A stretch of DNA of 64,000 bases from an uncultured bacterium (lineage in GTDB: Bacteria > Omnitrophota > Omnitrophia > Omnitrophales > Aquincolibacteriaceae), in NCBI GenBank assembly GCA_964482725.1, contig CAYZYT010000001.1, positions 270,912 through 334,911 on the forward strand. Direction: 5' to 3'. Below the pieces are notes generated by a model that saw only the letters and a list, made by a program, of their open reading frames with translations, was not told the DNA's origin and ran no database searches. Each line of letters starts with the position of its first letter. Position 1 is the first letter of the stretch. This document shows, one piece after another, positions 1-9,435 of the stretch. The translations under genes and the position numbers were made by a program.

Positions 1-349
1 TCCGGATCTCTTCGGATTGATCTTTCACCGAGATCCCACCCGCAAGGATCTTTCCTTCCATGAGATCCTTGGCATTTCGTGCCACGGCCGAGATCGAGGA
101 CCCGATCTGGCGGATGATCCAATACCCCAAAAGCGCGGAACAAATCGCAAGAACCACGAGAAGCTGGAGATCGACGCGATACCCTTCTTGGGTCATGGGA
201 TTAAAGTGGAAAAAGATCATATAGAGCATGATCAGGATAGGGACGAGCGCCATGAGGAAAAAAGCAATGCCCATTTTCCGTTCCAGGCTACTGCTATCCA
301 CGGTTTGAAACTTCAAGAACTTGTTTTTTTCGGGATGACTGTCGCTCAT
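1..349 (-). CDS. membrane sensor protein, N-terminal part (2 TM helices + HAMP-like linker); 3' end lies outside window
   Basis: Own translation of minus strand from ATG at 349..347: MSDSHPEKNKFLKFQTVDSSSLERKMGIAFFLMALVPILIML...WIIRQIGSSISAVARNAKDLMEGKI. Two hydrophobic helices followed by a HAMP-like segment. Absent from ORF track because it runs off the window. The overlapping + ORF 17..424 is Arg/His/Asp-rich and not protein-like. Confidence 0.45.
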   Translation of the reverse strand, partial: MSDSHPEKNKFLKFQTVDSSSLERKMGIAFFLMALVPILIMLYMIFFHFNPMTQEGYRVDLQLLVVLAICSALLGYWIIRQIGSSISAVARNAKDLMEGKILAGGISVKDQSEEIR

Positions 350-485
350 GATTTTCATTCTACCCCAAGGAATGGCTTCCTTCACCAGATTTTATCCGGT
401 CTTTCCCGACGCAGGCCGCGGTGATGTCTGGCGTTCGGGGCAGCCCCACATTATAATGCGACTTACTCAAGGAGGACCCAACACC

Positions 486-845
486 ATGACAGTCGCATCC
501 AGATCATCAGCCCCCCTCGCAAGGGATTTCGTCGCGGAGTCCCTCAACCTCGCAAGACTTGTGACCTATCAAAAGCATTCCGTCGTCAGCAAGCAGCTCT
601 TAAACAAAAAAGCAGGGACGTTGACCTTGTTCGCTTTTGATAAAGGCGAAGGCTTAAGCGAGCACACGGCCCCCTATGACGCATCCGTCATGATCCTCGA
701 CGGTAAAGCCACGATCAAGATCGGTGGGAAACCCCACAAGCTGAAGAAGGACGAAATGATCATCATGCCCGCGGGGGTCCCCCATTCGCTCAAAGCCACC
801 GAACCCTTCAAGATGCTTCTTATCATGATCCGCTCTGCGGAATGA
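486..845 (+). CDS. cupin domain protein
   Basis: ORF 348..845, with likely start at ATG 486 preceded by AAGGAGG. Cupin-type motif LSEHTAPYDASVMILDGKATIKIGG...MPAGVPHS. Confidence 0.6.
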   Translation: MTVASRSSAPLARDFVAESLNLARLVTYQKHSVVSKQLLNKKAGTLTLFAFDKGEGLSEHTAPYDASVMILDGKATIKIGGKPHKLKKDEMIIMPAGVPHSLKATEPFKMLLIMIRSAE

Positions 846-914
846 AAAAAGGACCGGTTGCCTTTGTAAAAAGACAGCCGGCCCCTTTTTTGAAAAAGAA
901 CTTCTTCCTTACCG

Positions 915-1337
915 TTATGCCTGAGCCCGTCGCTCCGTACGAACCGCTTTCCGTTCGCGATGAAGCTGTTTCTTATCTTCCCTCACTTCTTTTTTCGCAA
1001 CCTGTAATGTTTCTTTATCGCCCTTCTTTTGCTGGACATTCCCCTGATGGACCGCTTTGAGCTGCGCCCGGAGCTCTTTGACTTTCTCTTTATCTCCTGC
1101 CAGCTTCGCAGCCTTGATCTGCTCTTTCAGGCTTTTTTCTTCCGCCTTGGCCGTCTCCGCATTCGTTTTCATGGTATCTTTCTGCACCTTCACATCTTCC
1201 TTGTCCGCCGCCAGTTCCTCCTTCAAATTCATCCCCACAGGATCCGTACCCTCTTCCGCATAGAGATTCACAGTACCCACTAGCGTCCCCAAAAAAACCA
1301 CCGCCATGAACATCCCGATCATTTTTTTCATTTTCAA
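915..1337 (-). CDS. secreted Lys/Glu-rich coiled-coil protein
   Basis: N-terminal signal peptide MKMKKMIGMFMAVVFLGTLVGTVNLYA, then charged heptad-like sequence. AAGGAGG RBS upstream. Confidence 0.5.
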   Translation of the reverse strand: MKMKKMIGMFMAVVFLGTLVGTVNLYAEEGTDPVGMNLKEELAADKEDVKVQKDTMKTNAETAKAEEKSLKEQIKAAKLAGDKEKVKELRAQLKAVHQGNVQQKKGDKETLQVAKKEVREDKKQLHRERKAVRTERRAQA

Positions 1338-1412
1338 GCCTCCTTTGATCTCTCATTATGGAATCGCTGCCCTAACACCTCCATTCTACACCCCGCAGAG
1401 TCTCCCACCACC

Positions 1413-1970
1413 TCAAAATTGGACTTTGACGTCCTCAGTTTCTTCCTTCGGGATCTCAAGCATGGTACGCCGTGCGTACCCCAGTGAATTCGCGACAAAA
1501 ACGTCCGGCATTTGCTGAATGCGGATGTTGTAAATATTGACGCTTTCGTTAAAAAACTCTCGCCGGTCTGCGATCTCGTTCTCGAGACCGGAAATGCGGT
1601 TCTGAAGCTGCAGAAAGCTCGCATTCGCTTTCAGATCCGGATAGTTCTCCGAAACAGCAAAAAGTGTTTTGAGCCCCGCCGTAAGCTGATTTTCGGCCTT
1701 TGTTTTATCCTCGATCGAGGTAGCGCTCATAAAAGCCGTCCTCGCCTGCGTGATCTTCTCAAGCACCGCTTGCTCGTATTTCATATAACCCTTACAAGTC
1801 TCGATCAACTTCGGCAATTCATCATGCCGCTGCTTCAAGAGCACATCAATATTCGCCCACGCCTTATCCACATTGTTCCGGACCTGGATCAGGCCGTTAT
1901 AGATCCCCACAAAATATCCGATCAGCCCGAGCACCACAAAAACCACGATCGCTAGCACCACTAATTCCAT
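1413..1970 (-). CDS. lemA: LemA family protein
   Basis: N-terminal TM helix then typical LemA sequence (NGLIQVRNNVDKAWANIDVLLKQRHDELPKLIE...ENYPDLKAN...FFNESVNIYN). AAGGAGG RBS. Confidence 0.85.
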   Translation of the reverse strand: MELVVLAIVVFVVLGLIGYFVGIYNGLIQVRNNVDKAWANIDVLLKQRHDELPKLIETCKGYMKYEQAVLEKITQARTAFMSATSIEDKTKAENQLTAGLKTLFAVSENYPDLKANASFLQLQNRISGLENEIADRREFFNESVNIYNIRIQQMPDVFVANSLGYARRTMLEIPKEETEDVKVQF

Positions 1971-2009
1971 AACTTCCTCCTTTTTTCTAAAAAGGGTTTC
2001 CCCTTTCCG

Positions 2010-2783
2010 TTAAAACATCCGTTTTAAATAATGCCCGATCAGAATAAAAAGGCAGACGACAGTCAGAATGGGTCCGCCATAAAGAAAAAGATACATTTTG
2101 TTGCTGAACTCCCCGAGCACATGTTTTTCGCTTTCACTAGAAAGGAGGAAGAAAGCACCGGGCTCAGCCGCCACACAGATGTTCTCGGAACCTTGAGAGG
2201 AACCCCGGATGAGAGGATTCGGCTGAACCGTCCCGACCGCATAAAGTTCATCGCCCGGAACGATATAGGCTTCCTCACAACGAAGCTGTCGCCCAAAACC
2301 CAGAAAACCCTGCGCATCAATCCCCAATGCTTTCAACTGCGCCAGAAAGAGGTCCTTATCCTTGGCGCCCATCCCGGTACTGTAATTGCGATCGGTATGA
2401 ACGTGCAACTCGGCCCCCTTCGGGCAGATCATGACGCGACCCGTTTCGTCCTCAAGGTAGAAATACTCGGGGCTTGTATGCTCGGCGATCGTGACCCAAT
2501 GTCCGCTTTTTCCGGAGCTCCGGTATTCTTCAACCTTATAGCGATAAAAGACACAGGGCGTCTGCGAAAAATCACTGGTGAGAAGCTGTTGGTATTTCCG
2601 CGCCGTGCCATAAACCTCCGCCAGCCCCAAAGCCAGCGCACGCGCGGTGGAAGTAGGAATATCTTCCATTAATTTCTTTTTCTTGCGCAGTTGGAATCCG
2701 CGGAAAAATCCCAGAGCGCCCAGGACAGCGCCGAAGCAAAGATAAGCAAATATTTTTCCTTCAGAATCACTGGACGAACTCAT
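2010..2783 (-). CDS. membrane protein with N- and C-terminal TM helices, probably GIDE-domain (E3-ligase-like) partner of LemA
   Basis: TM helix at both ends (FAYLCFGAVLGALGFF ... LYGGPILTVVCLFILIG). Co-directional and adjacent to lemA. LemA-GIDE pairing is a known conserved neighbourhood, but the domain call is from memory. Confidence 0.55.
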   Translation of the reverse strand: MSSSSDSEGKIFAYLCFGAVLGALGFFRGFQLRKKKKLMEDIPTSTARALALGLAEVYGTARKYQQLLTSDFSQTPCVFYRYKVEEYRSSGKSGHWVTIAEHTSPEYFYLEDETGRVMICPKGAELHVHTDRNYSTGMGAKDKDLFLAQLKALGIDAQGFLGFGRQLRCEEAYIVPGDELYAVGTVQPNPLIRGSSQGSENICVAAEPGAFFLLSSESEKHVLGEFSNKMYLFLYGGPILTVVCLFILIGHYLKRMF

Positions 2784-2941
2784 GCCGCGACCTCTTTCTC
2801 TCCGCCTGTACGGGGTCGATCACCCCAGATCCATTTCAGAAAGCATCGGCTATTCGAACAAAAACCTTTTACCTTTCCGGGCTATTATTTTATCTATTTC
2901 CTGTATGCAAACCATCAAAAACTGGTGCAGAATAGAGCTCT

Positions 2942-4018
2942 ATGAACTCGATCGTTCCGACGAAATACTGGCACAAGCTTGCTAGCGGCAAGATCCAGTG
3001 CGATCTCTGCCCTCGCCATTGCAACCTCGAGGAAGACCAGCGAGGGTTTTGCTTTGTACGCGCTTGCCAAAAAGGTCAGATCGTACTCACTACCTACGGT
3101 CGTTCGAGCGGTTTCTGCGTGGATCCCATTGAAAAAAAACCCCTCTTCCATTTTCTCCCCGGAACACCCGTTCTTTCATTTGGCACAGCCGGCTGCAATC
3201 TGGGCTGCAAATTCTGTCAAAACGCCGACATCAGCCATTCCCGGGAAATGGACACTCTGGCCGATTCCGCCTCCCCGGAGCTCATCGCAAAAACCGCACA
3301 AACCTTAAAATGCCGGAGCGTGGCTTTCACGTACAACGAACCGCATATTTTTCATGAGTACGCCGTAGACACCGCCCAAGCATGCCGCGAACTCGGGATC
3401 AAAACGGTCGCCGTGACGGCGGGTTACGTGAACGCCGAGCCCCGGAAAGGATTCTATGCGTGGATGGACGCCGTCAACGTAGACCTAAAAGGCTTCACGA
3501 AAGAATTCTATAGAAAATACACCGACAGTTCCCTCGAGCCGGTACTCGAAACATTGCTTTATCTGAAAAAAGAAACAAAAGTCTGGGTCGAGATCACCAC
3601 ACTGCTCATCCCGGGCCTGAATGATTCCGAAAAAGAACTGCAGGCCATGACATCCTGGATCGTAAAAAATCTCGGGCCGGATGTTCCGCTGCACTTCACG
3701 GCATTCCACCCAGCGTATAAAATCCTCGAGATCCCGCCCACGCCGATCTCAACGCTCCGCAAGGCCCGCGAGACCGCGCTCGCCAACGGTCTCCGTTACT
3801 GCTACACAGGAAATGCCGAAGACCCCGAAGGGGAAACCACCTTTTGCCACTCCTGCGGGAAAAAACTGATCGGCAGAAACTGGTATGAATTGACGGGATG
3901 GGATTTAAAGGCCAATGGCTCGTGCAAATTTTGCGGAGTGATCTGCGCGGGAATTTTTGAGCCCAAGCCCGGGGACTGGGGATCGAAACGCTTGCCGGTC
4001 AGGCTCAAACCAGACTAG
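2942..4018 (+). CDS. amrS: AmmeMemoRadiSam-system radical SAM enzyme (AmrS-like, PFL-activase related)
   Basis: N-terminal KCxLCPxxC segment (GKIQCDLCPRHCNLEEDQRGFCFVR), DPIEKKPLFHF, and radical SAM CxxxCxxC (GCNLGCKFCQN). Length 358 aa. Confidence 0.8.
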   Translation: MNSIVPTKYWHKLASGKIQCDLCPRHCNLEEDQRGFCFVRACQKGQIVLTTYGRSSGFCVDPIEKKPLFHFLPGTPVLSFGTAGCNLGCKFCQNADISHSREMDTLADSASPELIAKTAQTLKCRSVAFTYNEPHIFHEYAVDTAQACRELGIKTVAVTAGYVNAEPRKGFYAWMDAVNVDLKGFTKEFYRKYTDSSLEPVLETLLYLKKETKVWVEITTLLIPGLNDSEKELQAMTSWIVKNLGPDVPLHFTAFHPAYKILEIPPTPISTLRKARETALANGLRYCYTGNAEDPEGETTFCHSCGKKLIGRNWYELTGWDLKANGSCKFCGVICAGIFEPKPGDWGSKRLPVRLKPD

Positions 4019-4092
4019 AGACTACAGACTTCAGACATCAGAAAAAACTTTCCTTTATTGTCTGTTGTCTGTGGTCTGTCGTCTGTTGTCTG
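4011..4092. repeat. inverted pair of 7-bp (heptad) tandem arrays: (NAGACNN)x4 then spacer then (TNGTCTG)x5
   Basis: Read directly: cagacta gagacta cagactt cagacat ... ttgtctg ttgtctg tggtctg tcgtctg ttgtctg. Arms are imperfectly complementary (long hairpin). Lies between convergent amrS and CYTH genes. Right arm is translated as the C-terminal tail of the CYTH protein. Confidence 0.65.
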
Positions 4093-4595
4093 AGCAATTG
4101 ATCGCTATACGAATCCGCGACAAGGTCTTCCGCCCGTATCCCCAAAAGCCTCTGATAGAACTCGCATTGCTTTTTTAGTTTTGCGGCGGCTTGCGCGGGA
4201 CCGAAGACTTCGATCTCCATGAAATGCCCGAGCCTTTTTACGCAATCGATGTGGAATTTGACGTTCCGGAGAAAAAAGATCTCGCGCTTTTTGTCGACTG
4301 TCACAAGGACCCCGAGCATCCGCCCAAGGATTTCTTTGAGGAACGTTCCCTTTTTGACGGGATGGAGCACGGCCTCACACTTCTTAGAATTCTTTCGATC
4401 AACGCGCTTGTAATAGATAAGAGCGTTCTCGATATTCCCTTCGCGAAATTTGAGCCGGCCAGAAGGAACCCGGAAATACGTGTCGACCTGGTGGTCGAGG
4501 CCTCGAAAGCTCGCGCCGCGAGCTCGAAGGATCTTCCGAATGCGGGCCGGGGCGGAACACCGCGCCTTGATCTCAAAACTCAAGGAATTCATCAA
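4038..4595 (-). CDS. CYTH-domain protein (class IV adenylyl cyclase / triphosphatase family)
   Basis: N-terminal EIKARC (CYTH EIEx-K signature), size ~185 aa. C-terminal tail RQQTTDHRQQT is encoded by the heptad repeat. Confidence 0.7.
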   Translation of the reverse strand: MMNSLSFEIKARCSAPARIRKILRARGASFRGLDHQVDTYFRVPSGRLKFREGNIENALIYYKRVDRKNSKKCEAVLHPVKKGTFLKEILGRMLGVLVTVDKKREIFFLRNVKFHIDCVKRLGHFMEIEVFGPAQAAAKLKKQCEFYQRLLGIRAEDLVADSYSDQLLRQQTTDHRQQTIKESFF

Positions 4596-4599
4596 TAAC

Positions 4600-5826
4600 T
4601 CAGGCAGGCTTCAGAGGGAGCGTGAAGGTGAATGTGGAACCTTGACCGGGCTGGCTTTCGACTCCGATCTTTCCGCCATGGGCTTCCACCATGCGCTTGG
4701 CGATCGCAAGCCCCAGTCCGGTGCTTTTTTCTCCGGCAGTCGGAAGAACGTTCGTCCTTCCAAAATATTGGAACATCTTTGAGATCTCCTCACGAGGGAT
4801 TCCCTGCCCCTGGTCCGTCACAGAGATCGCTATTGAATCTTCCAAAGGGACAGCGCGAAGAACGACCCGGCCCTTAGGCTTTGAAAATTTAATCGCATTC
4901 GTAATAAGGTTATTGATGACCTGATCGATACGGTCAGGGTCCATCATAATGCTTGGAAGATCTTCGGGGATCTCCAAAATAAATTCCATAGATTTGCTTT
5001 TAGCTAAAAGTCTATTATCTACGGCGTTTTTCTTCAGATAAGCCGCAAGATCGATCTCGCGCGGGGCCATGGCTAGGTGACCCGCCTCGATCGCGCTGAC
5101 ATCCAAGAGATCGCGGATCAAGGTGAGCATTTTGTCACAATATTGAGAAATAGCCTGGATCGGGCCCTTCTGGTCGGGAGTCAGCTCGCCCAATAAACCA
5201 TCTAAAAAAAGATCCGCGTAACCTTTGATGACCGCAATAGGGCTGCGAAGATCATGCGCTGCGATCCCGAGGAATTTGTTCTTCGAGTCATTGTATGCGA
5301 CCACTTGCTCATAAAGCCGGCTCTTTTCCAGAGTTAAAGCGAGCTGACCCGCGATCGCCTGGAAAAGTTCCACATGCGCGGCTTTATATTGGTAGGCCTC
5401 CCGACTCGAAAAAAAGAGAAAACCGATAGGTCTCCCGGAAACGATCAAGGGACATGTCAGGCTCGAACGCATCCCCTCTTCCACAATATCGCGCGTGGAC
5501 TTAGAATTCGGGTGATCTTGGAGGTAGGCCTCCAGATCGTTCAGAATGCGCGGCTCCCGGGTCTGAAGGATCTTCTCAAGGCTACTGCCTTCCATGACCG
5601 CGAAGTAACCTTTTCCGATCTTGATCACAGAAGCTTCCGAGCGCGCCCAATACGCCCGCAAAACGGCGTCCTTCTCTTCCAGAAGTGAAAAACCGATCCG
5701 ATGATAGGGAACCACTGAATGAAGGGCCTCATAAGCATAGTCCAGGACCTCATCGAGAACTTTCCCTGCGTTGATCTTCTCCGTGATGCGAAGAAGCGCC
5801 CTCAGATCTCCTTCCCGTGTCGCCAT
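4600..5826 (-). CDS. GAF-domain sensor histidine kinase
   Basis: N-terminal GAF-like region, HisKA motif [15 protein letters not shown], HATPase_c motifs ([24 protein letters not shown]). Confidence 0.85.
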   Translation of the reverse strand: MATREGDLRALLRITEKINAGKVLDEVLDYAYEALHSVVPYHRIGFSLLEEKDAVLRAYWARSEASVIKIGKGYFAVMEGSSLEKILQTREPRILNDLEAYLQDHPNSKSTRDIVEEGMRSSLTCPLIVSGRPIGFLFFSSREAYQYKAAHVELFQAIAGQLALTLEKSRLYEQVVAYNDSKNKFLGIAAHDLRSPIAVIKGYADLFLDGLLGELTPDQKGPIQAISQYCDKMLTLIRDLLDVSAIEAGHLAMAPREIDLAAYLKKNAVDNRLLAKSKSMEFILEIPEDLPSIMMDPDRIDQVINNLITNAIKFSKPKGRVVLRAVPLEDSIAISVTDQGQGIPREEISKMFQYFGRTNVLPTAGEKSTGLGLAIAKRMVEAHGGKIGVESQPGQGSTFTFTLPLKPA

Positions 5827-5922
5827 GATCTTCCTTTAATTTAAAAGTGAATAAGGCATCAGGGACTGCCCCGGTCGCCCTCCGTAAATAGAAAAAAACG
5901 AGGACGCCCTATAAAACACCCC

Positions 5923-6816
5923 TTATGCGTTCTTGCTGAAAGGATTCAACTTTTTAAGACTTCTAGCGGCACTTTTAACGCCGCTGGTCACTTCTTTCGC
6001 CGTCCCTTCAACAGCCCCGGTCGTGCCTTTAAGCGCGCCTCCCGCCTGGCCGGCGATCCCGCTCGGATTCCCCGCAGCCGTCTTCAAAGCATCCAGACTT
6101 TTCGCCGCAGTTTCTGCTGCCAGTTTCGTGGAAGTATTAAAAGCTCCCGTGAGAGTCCCTTCAAGGCCTCCGATATCAAAATTCACGAGATTCGAGATCC
6201 CGGAACTCATCATGGCCTTCAGGACGATCAAACGCACCACACTGTTGAGGTCGGTAATATTCTGATAACTCTGATCGAGGTTGATCAGAAATTCCTTGGT
6301 CGAGGGTTGGCCGGTGGAATAATCCATATACACGACCTTGCCGATCTTAAGCCGCATCATGTCGATCTGGATCGGGATGGCTTTTGCCGGAGCCTTCGGC
6401 TCCTGTTTTTCGGTTTGAGCCGCCGGCTTCTTTTGAGTGCCCTGGAGCGCTTTCAGGCGGTCCAGATTGAGCTCCCCTTTTTCATTTTTTACGACGGTGA
6501 ACTGCTTCATATCGAATTCGATATCCTTTACATGGATCTTCCCGGTAAAAATCGCGTCGCGCGCATAGGCGACGAGGATCTTGGGAATATCGACAAGAGT
6601 CGTGTCATGAAAACCCGCGGGGTTTTTGAGAAGAAGCCCTTCGATATCCACCGAGGTATGCACAATATCAAGATCGAACTTCTGAATGGAAAGCGGCATA
6701 CCGGCCACGACGCGAGCACCGGTCTCCATCGCTGCTTTGACTATCACATTACGCGCGAGCACCAAAACGACCAACATCACGACCAACAACATCACTAACT
6801 TCATAATTAGCTTCAT
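5923..6816 (-). CDS. membrane-anchored hypothetical protein (AsmA-like / DUF748-like; uncertain)
   Basis: N-terminal signal-anchor MKLIMKLVMLLVVMLVVLVLA. Gly/Ala/Thr-rich C-terminus. No confident family assignment. Confidence 0.45.
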   Translation of the reverse strand: MKLIMKLVMLLVVMLVVLVLARNVIVKAAMETGARVVAGMPLSIQKFDLDIVHTSVDIEGLLLKNPAGFHDTTLVDIPKILVAYARDAIFTGKIHVKDIEFDMKQFTVVKNEKGELNLDRLKALQGTQKKPAAQTEKQEPKAPAKAIPIQIDMMRLKIGKVVYMDYSTGQPSTKEFLINLDQSYQNITDLNSVVRLIVLKAMMSSGISNLVNFDIGGLEGTLTGAFNTSTKLAAETAAKSLDALKTAAGNPSGIAGQAGGALKGTTGAVEGTAKEVTSGVKSAARSLKKLNPFSKNA

Positions 6817-6883
6817 GGTTGCCTCTCCATTGTTGAAAATCGTTAAAATTCAAGCATGCGAATAAACCCGTAGTACGAACGCG

Positions 6884-8644
6884 TTAATTGACCACCGACC
6901 TCTTTCCCGGAGCAGACGTTTTGACGGTACGCCGAAAGATCGCTTCTTCAACCGCGAGCTCCTTGCGCGCATGAATGCGTCCAAGATGATATTCGATCCT
7001 TTCTTGGGGAACATCCAATTGCCCGAGAACCAGACGGTTCAGCTCATGACTCGCTTCCCACTCTTCGGTGACCACGATATCCGCTCCCAGCTCATAGAGG
7101 TGCGGCATCTGTCCTTCGTAACGTGTCCGGACTGCAAGCGTCACGTCCGGATTGAGGCTCTGCACCACGCGGATGATCTGGGTGATGCCAAGCGGATCGG
7201 GGAAACTCACAATAACCGCTCGCGCGCGACTGATCCCGACCCTTTTTAGCACCTCTTGATTGGCCGCATCCCCATAAATAGCTTTCATGTGCATCTTCTT
7301 GGCTTCGCGCATCTTGACCGGATTCATTTCAACGATCACGAACGGAACCTTTTCCTCCTGAAAAGCAATGGCCAGATCCTGGCCGGTGGGCCCAAACCCG
7401 CAAAGGATCACATGCCCCGTAAGGGAGGAAAGCGTACGGTCCTGTTTAGTCCAGCTCTTGGGCGGCACACCAAAGATCATAAACCGACTCAAGATCTTCA
7501 GGACAAACGGGATCGCTGCGAAAAGAAGCGGCGTCATCAGCATGGTCAAAAACGCCGTCGAAAGCAGGATCTGGTAAAGTTCGGGCGTGATATGCCCCGA
7601 ACCTCGCGCCATTTCGATCAGAAGGAACGAGAACTCCCCGATCTGTGAAAGGATGATCCCCGTGACCACGGCCACACGGGGCGGGAACCCGAAGGCCATG
7701 ATCAAAAGCGTCATGATGAAGAAATTAATGAAGAGCACGAGACTCACGACTGAAAGCACGAGAAAGATATGATTCAAAAAGAAGTGGATATCGAATAAGA
7801 GCCCGATCGACACAAAGAAAATGCTCACGAAAAGATGACGAAAAGGAACGATGTCGCCGATCAGTTGATGCGAAAATCCGGTATTCGCAAACATAAAGCC
7901 GGCCAGGAGCGCGCCGATGGCCATGGACAACCCGAGAGCGCCGCTCCCCCACGCCATGCCGAGGCATACCACGACCGAAAAAAGAAAAAAGATCTCTCGG
8001 TTCCGTATCGCGGCCACGCGATAAAGAAGCTGCGGGAGAAGAAAGCGCGAAAAAACAAACGCCCCGGCCAGAAGCAGTACCGTCTTGAGGAACGCCATCC
8101 CGAGGGCCAAACCCACGGAACTCATAGACTGCCCGAAAGCTGAAAGAAAGATCATGAGCGGCACGACCGCAAGATCCTGAAAGATCAGGATCGAGATCGC
8201 GATTCGACCGTGGGGCGAATCGATCTCCCCTCGGTCCATCAGAAATTTCAGCACGATCGCCGTCGAACTGAGCGCAATGACCGAACCCAGAAAAAAACTC
8301 TCGTAGAAGGTCCATCCGCGCCACCAGCCAAAGGCCATCGACACAGCGATCGAGATGAGGATCTGCAAGCTCCCGCCGATCACGGCGATATTTTGCATCC
8401 CGCGCAAACGCTCGACCGAGAACTCCAGACCGATCGTAAGCATGAGAAGTACCACTCCGAGTTCCGCCAGCATCCGGATGTGCTGACTGTCGGAAAGAAT
8501 ACCGAGGCCTTGGGGTCCGATGATCACGCCCGTCAGAAGAAATCCGAGGATGGTCGGAAGATGAAATTTCTCGAAGATCACGGCGACCACCGTAGCCATC
8601 AGAAGCACCAGGAGGATCTCGGTTAGAAATGATGTATTGGCCAT
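6884..8644 (-). CDS. monovalent cation:proton antiporter-2 (CPA2) family protein with C-terminal TrkA-N/RCK domain (KefB/KefC-like)
   Basis: About 12 TM helices followed by Rossmann motif GHVILCGFGPTGQDLA and RCK region. 586 aa. Confidence 0.85.
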   Translation of the reverse strand: MANTSFLTEILLVLLMATVVAVIFEKFHLPTILGFLLTGVIIGPQGLGILSDSQHIRMLAELGVVLLMLTIGLEFSVERLRGMQNIAVIGGSLQILISIAVSMAFGWWRGWTFYESFFLGSVIALSSTAIVLKFLMDRGEIDSPHGRIAISILIFQDLAVVPLMIFLSAFGQSMSSVGLALGMAFLKTVLLLAGAFVFSRFLLPQLLYRVAAIRNREIFFLFSVVVCLGMAWGSGALGLSMAIGALLAGFMFANTGFSHQLIGDIVPFRHLFVSIFFVSIGLLFDIHFFLNHIFLVLSVVSLVLFINFFIMTLLIMAFGFPPRVAVVTGIILSQIGEFSFLLIEMARGSGHITPELYQILLSTAFLTMLMTPLLFAAIPFVLKILSRFMIFGVPPKSWTKQDRTLSSLTGHVILCGFGPTGQDLAIAFQEEKVPFVIVEMNPVKMREAKKMHMKAIYGDAANQEVLKRVGISRARAVIVSFPDPLGITQIIRVVQSLNPDVTLAVRTRYEGQMPHLYELGADIVVTEEWEASHELNRLVLGQLDVPQERIEYHLGRIHARKELAVEEAIFRRTVKTSAPGKRSVVN

Positions 8645-8958
8645 GAACTCCTTTTAAAATGGGAAGGACCCTTTGTAACCTTTAACAGTATACAAAATCT
8701 CACAGCGAAAAATCCAGCAATATACCCAGATCAACTACACACGAAATACCTTGCTTCGAACCGGCCATCCTAAATCTCCGTTGAATGAGTTTAAAAATAC
8801 AAATTCAGGTCGTTAATAAGAAATGCCTACATAGTGCGAAATTTCGCCCTATTATTGAATCCAAGGCCGCTTCTCTTGAATGACTCAAGAAATGATATCT
8901 ATTGCTATATAAAAGACTTTTTAACAAAAAAAAGAGCGTTTTTGCTAGTCAAACAATC

Positions 8959-8987
8959 TTGCGTAACACGCTGCATACACCTATACT
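8959..8987 (+). promoter_or_regulatory. candidate sigma70-type promoter of minor-pilin operon: TTGCGT-N17-TATACT
   Basis: Hexamers read directly in AT-rich 380 bp intergenic region ~40 bp upstream of GGGAGGAG RBS and ATG 9027. Confidence 0.3.
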
Positions 8988-9026
8988 TGTAGTAGGGATT
9001 GGAACAAAAGGATCCCGGGAGGAGAA

Positions 9027-9425
9027 ATGATGAAGAACATGAGAAGGGTCAAAGATCAAAAGGGCGTTCTTCTCTTAGAATTGCTTTTCGCTTTTTGCAT
9101 ATTGGGTTTTGTCGTCATTTCTTCTGGAGGACTTCTTATCAAAACAGCTCAAATGTCGGAAGACAATAAAGGGCGCCTGCTCGCACTTCAAACAGCGCAG
9201 TCCGTGCTCGAAACGATCAAGGATACCGCACTGACTGGCGTTGCAACGATCCCCACAACGGATTTAATTCCGGCGGGTCTTAATCAGGGCGCGGTAACGA
9301 TTCAAACCAATCCGGCTAATGTCACAGGTGAAGATGTCGCCACGGTCACGGTCACGGTATCCTGGCGAGGAGCCAATAACAGGCCGCAACAACTCCAAGT
9401 CAGCACAATGAAGAGTCGTTTTTGA
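9027..9425 (+). CDS. type IV minor pilin / pseudopilin (PilV/GspI-like)
   Basis: Prepilin-like N-terminus KGVLLLELLFAFCILGFVVIS with the conserved Glu after the cleavage-site region. First gene of a 4-gene + strand operon. Confidence 0.6.
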   Translation: MMKNMRRVKDQKGVLLLELLFAFCILGFVVISSGGLLIKTAQMSEDNKGRLLALQTAQSVLETIKDTALTGVATIPTTDLIPAGLNQGAVTIQTNPANVTGEDVATVTVTVSWRGANNRPQQLQVSTMKSRF

Positions 9426-9435
9426 AGAGGGCTTT

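Noticed and set aside
17-424. 135-aa + ORF at the window start
   Set aside because: Its sequence (Arg/Asp/His/Glu-rich, no hydrophobic core) is unconvincing. The opposite strand encodes a clean TM + HAMP sensor N-terminus starting at 349.
8645-9026. tRNA or small RNA gene in the long AT-rich intergenic region upstream of the pilin operon
   Set aside because: No cloverleaf-compatible sequence (no GTTCRA T-loop motif, no acceptor-stem pairing) could be found by eye. Interpreted as a promoter/regulatory region only.
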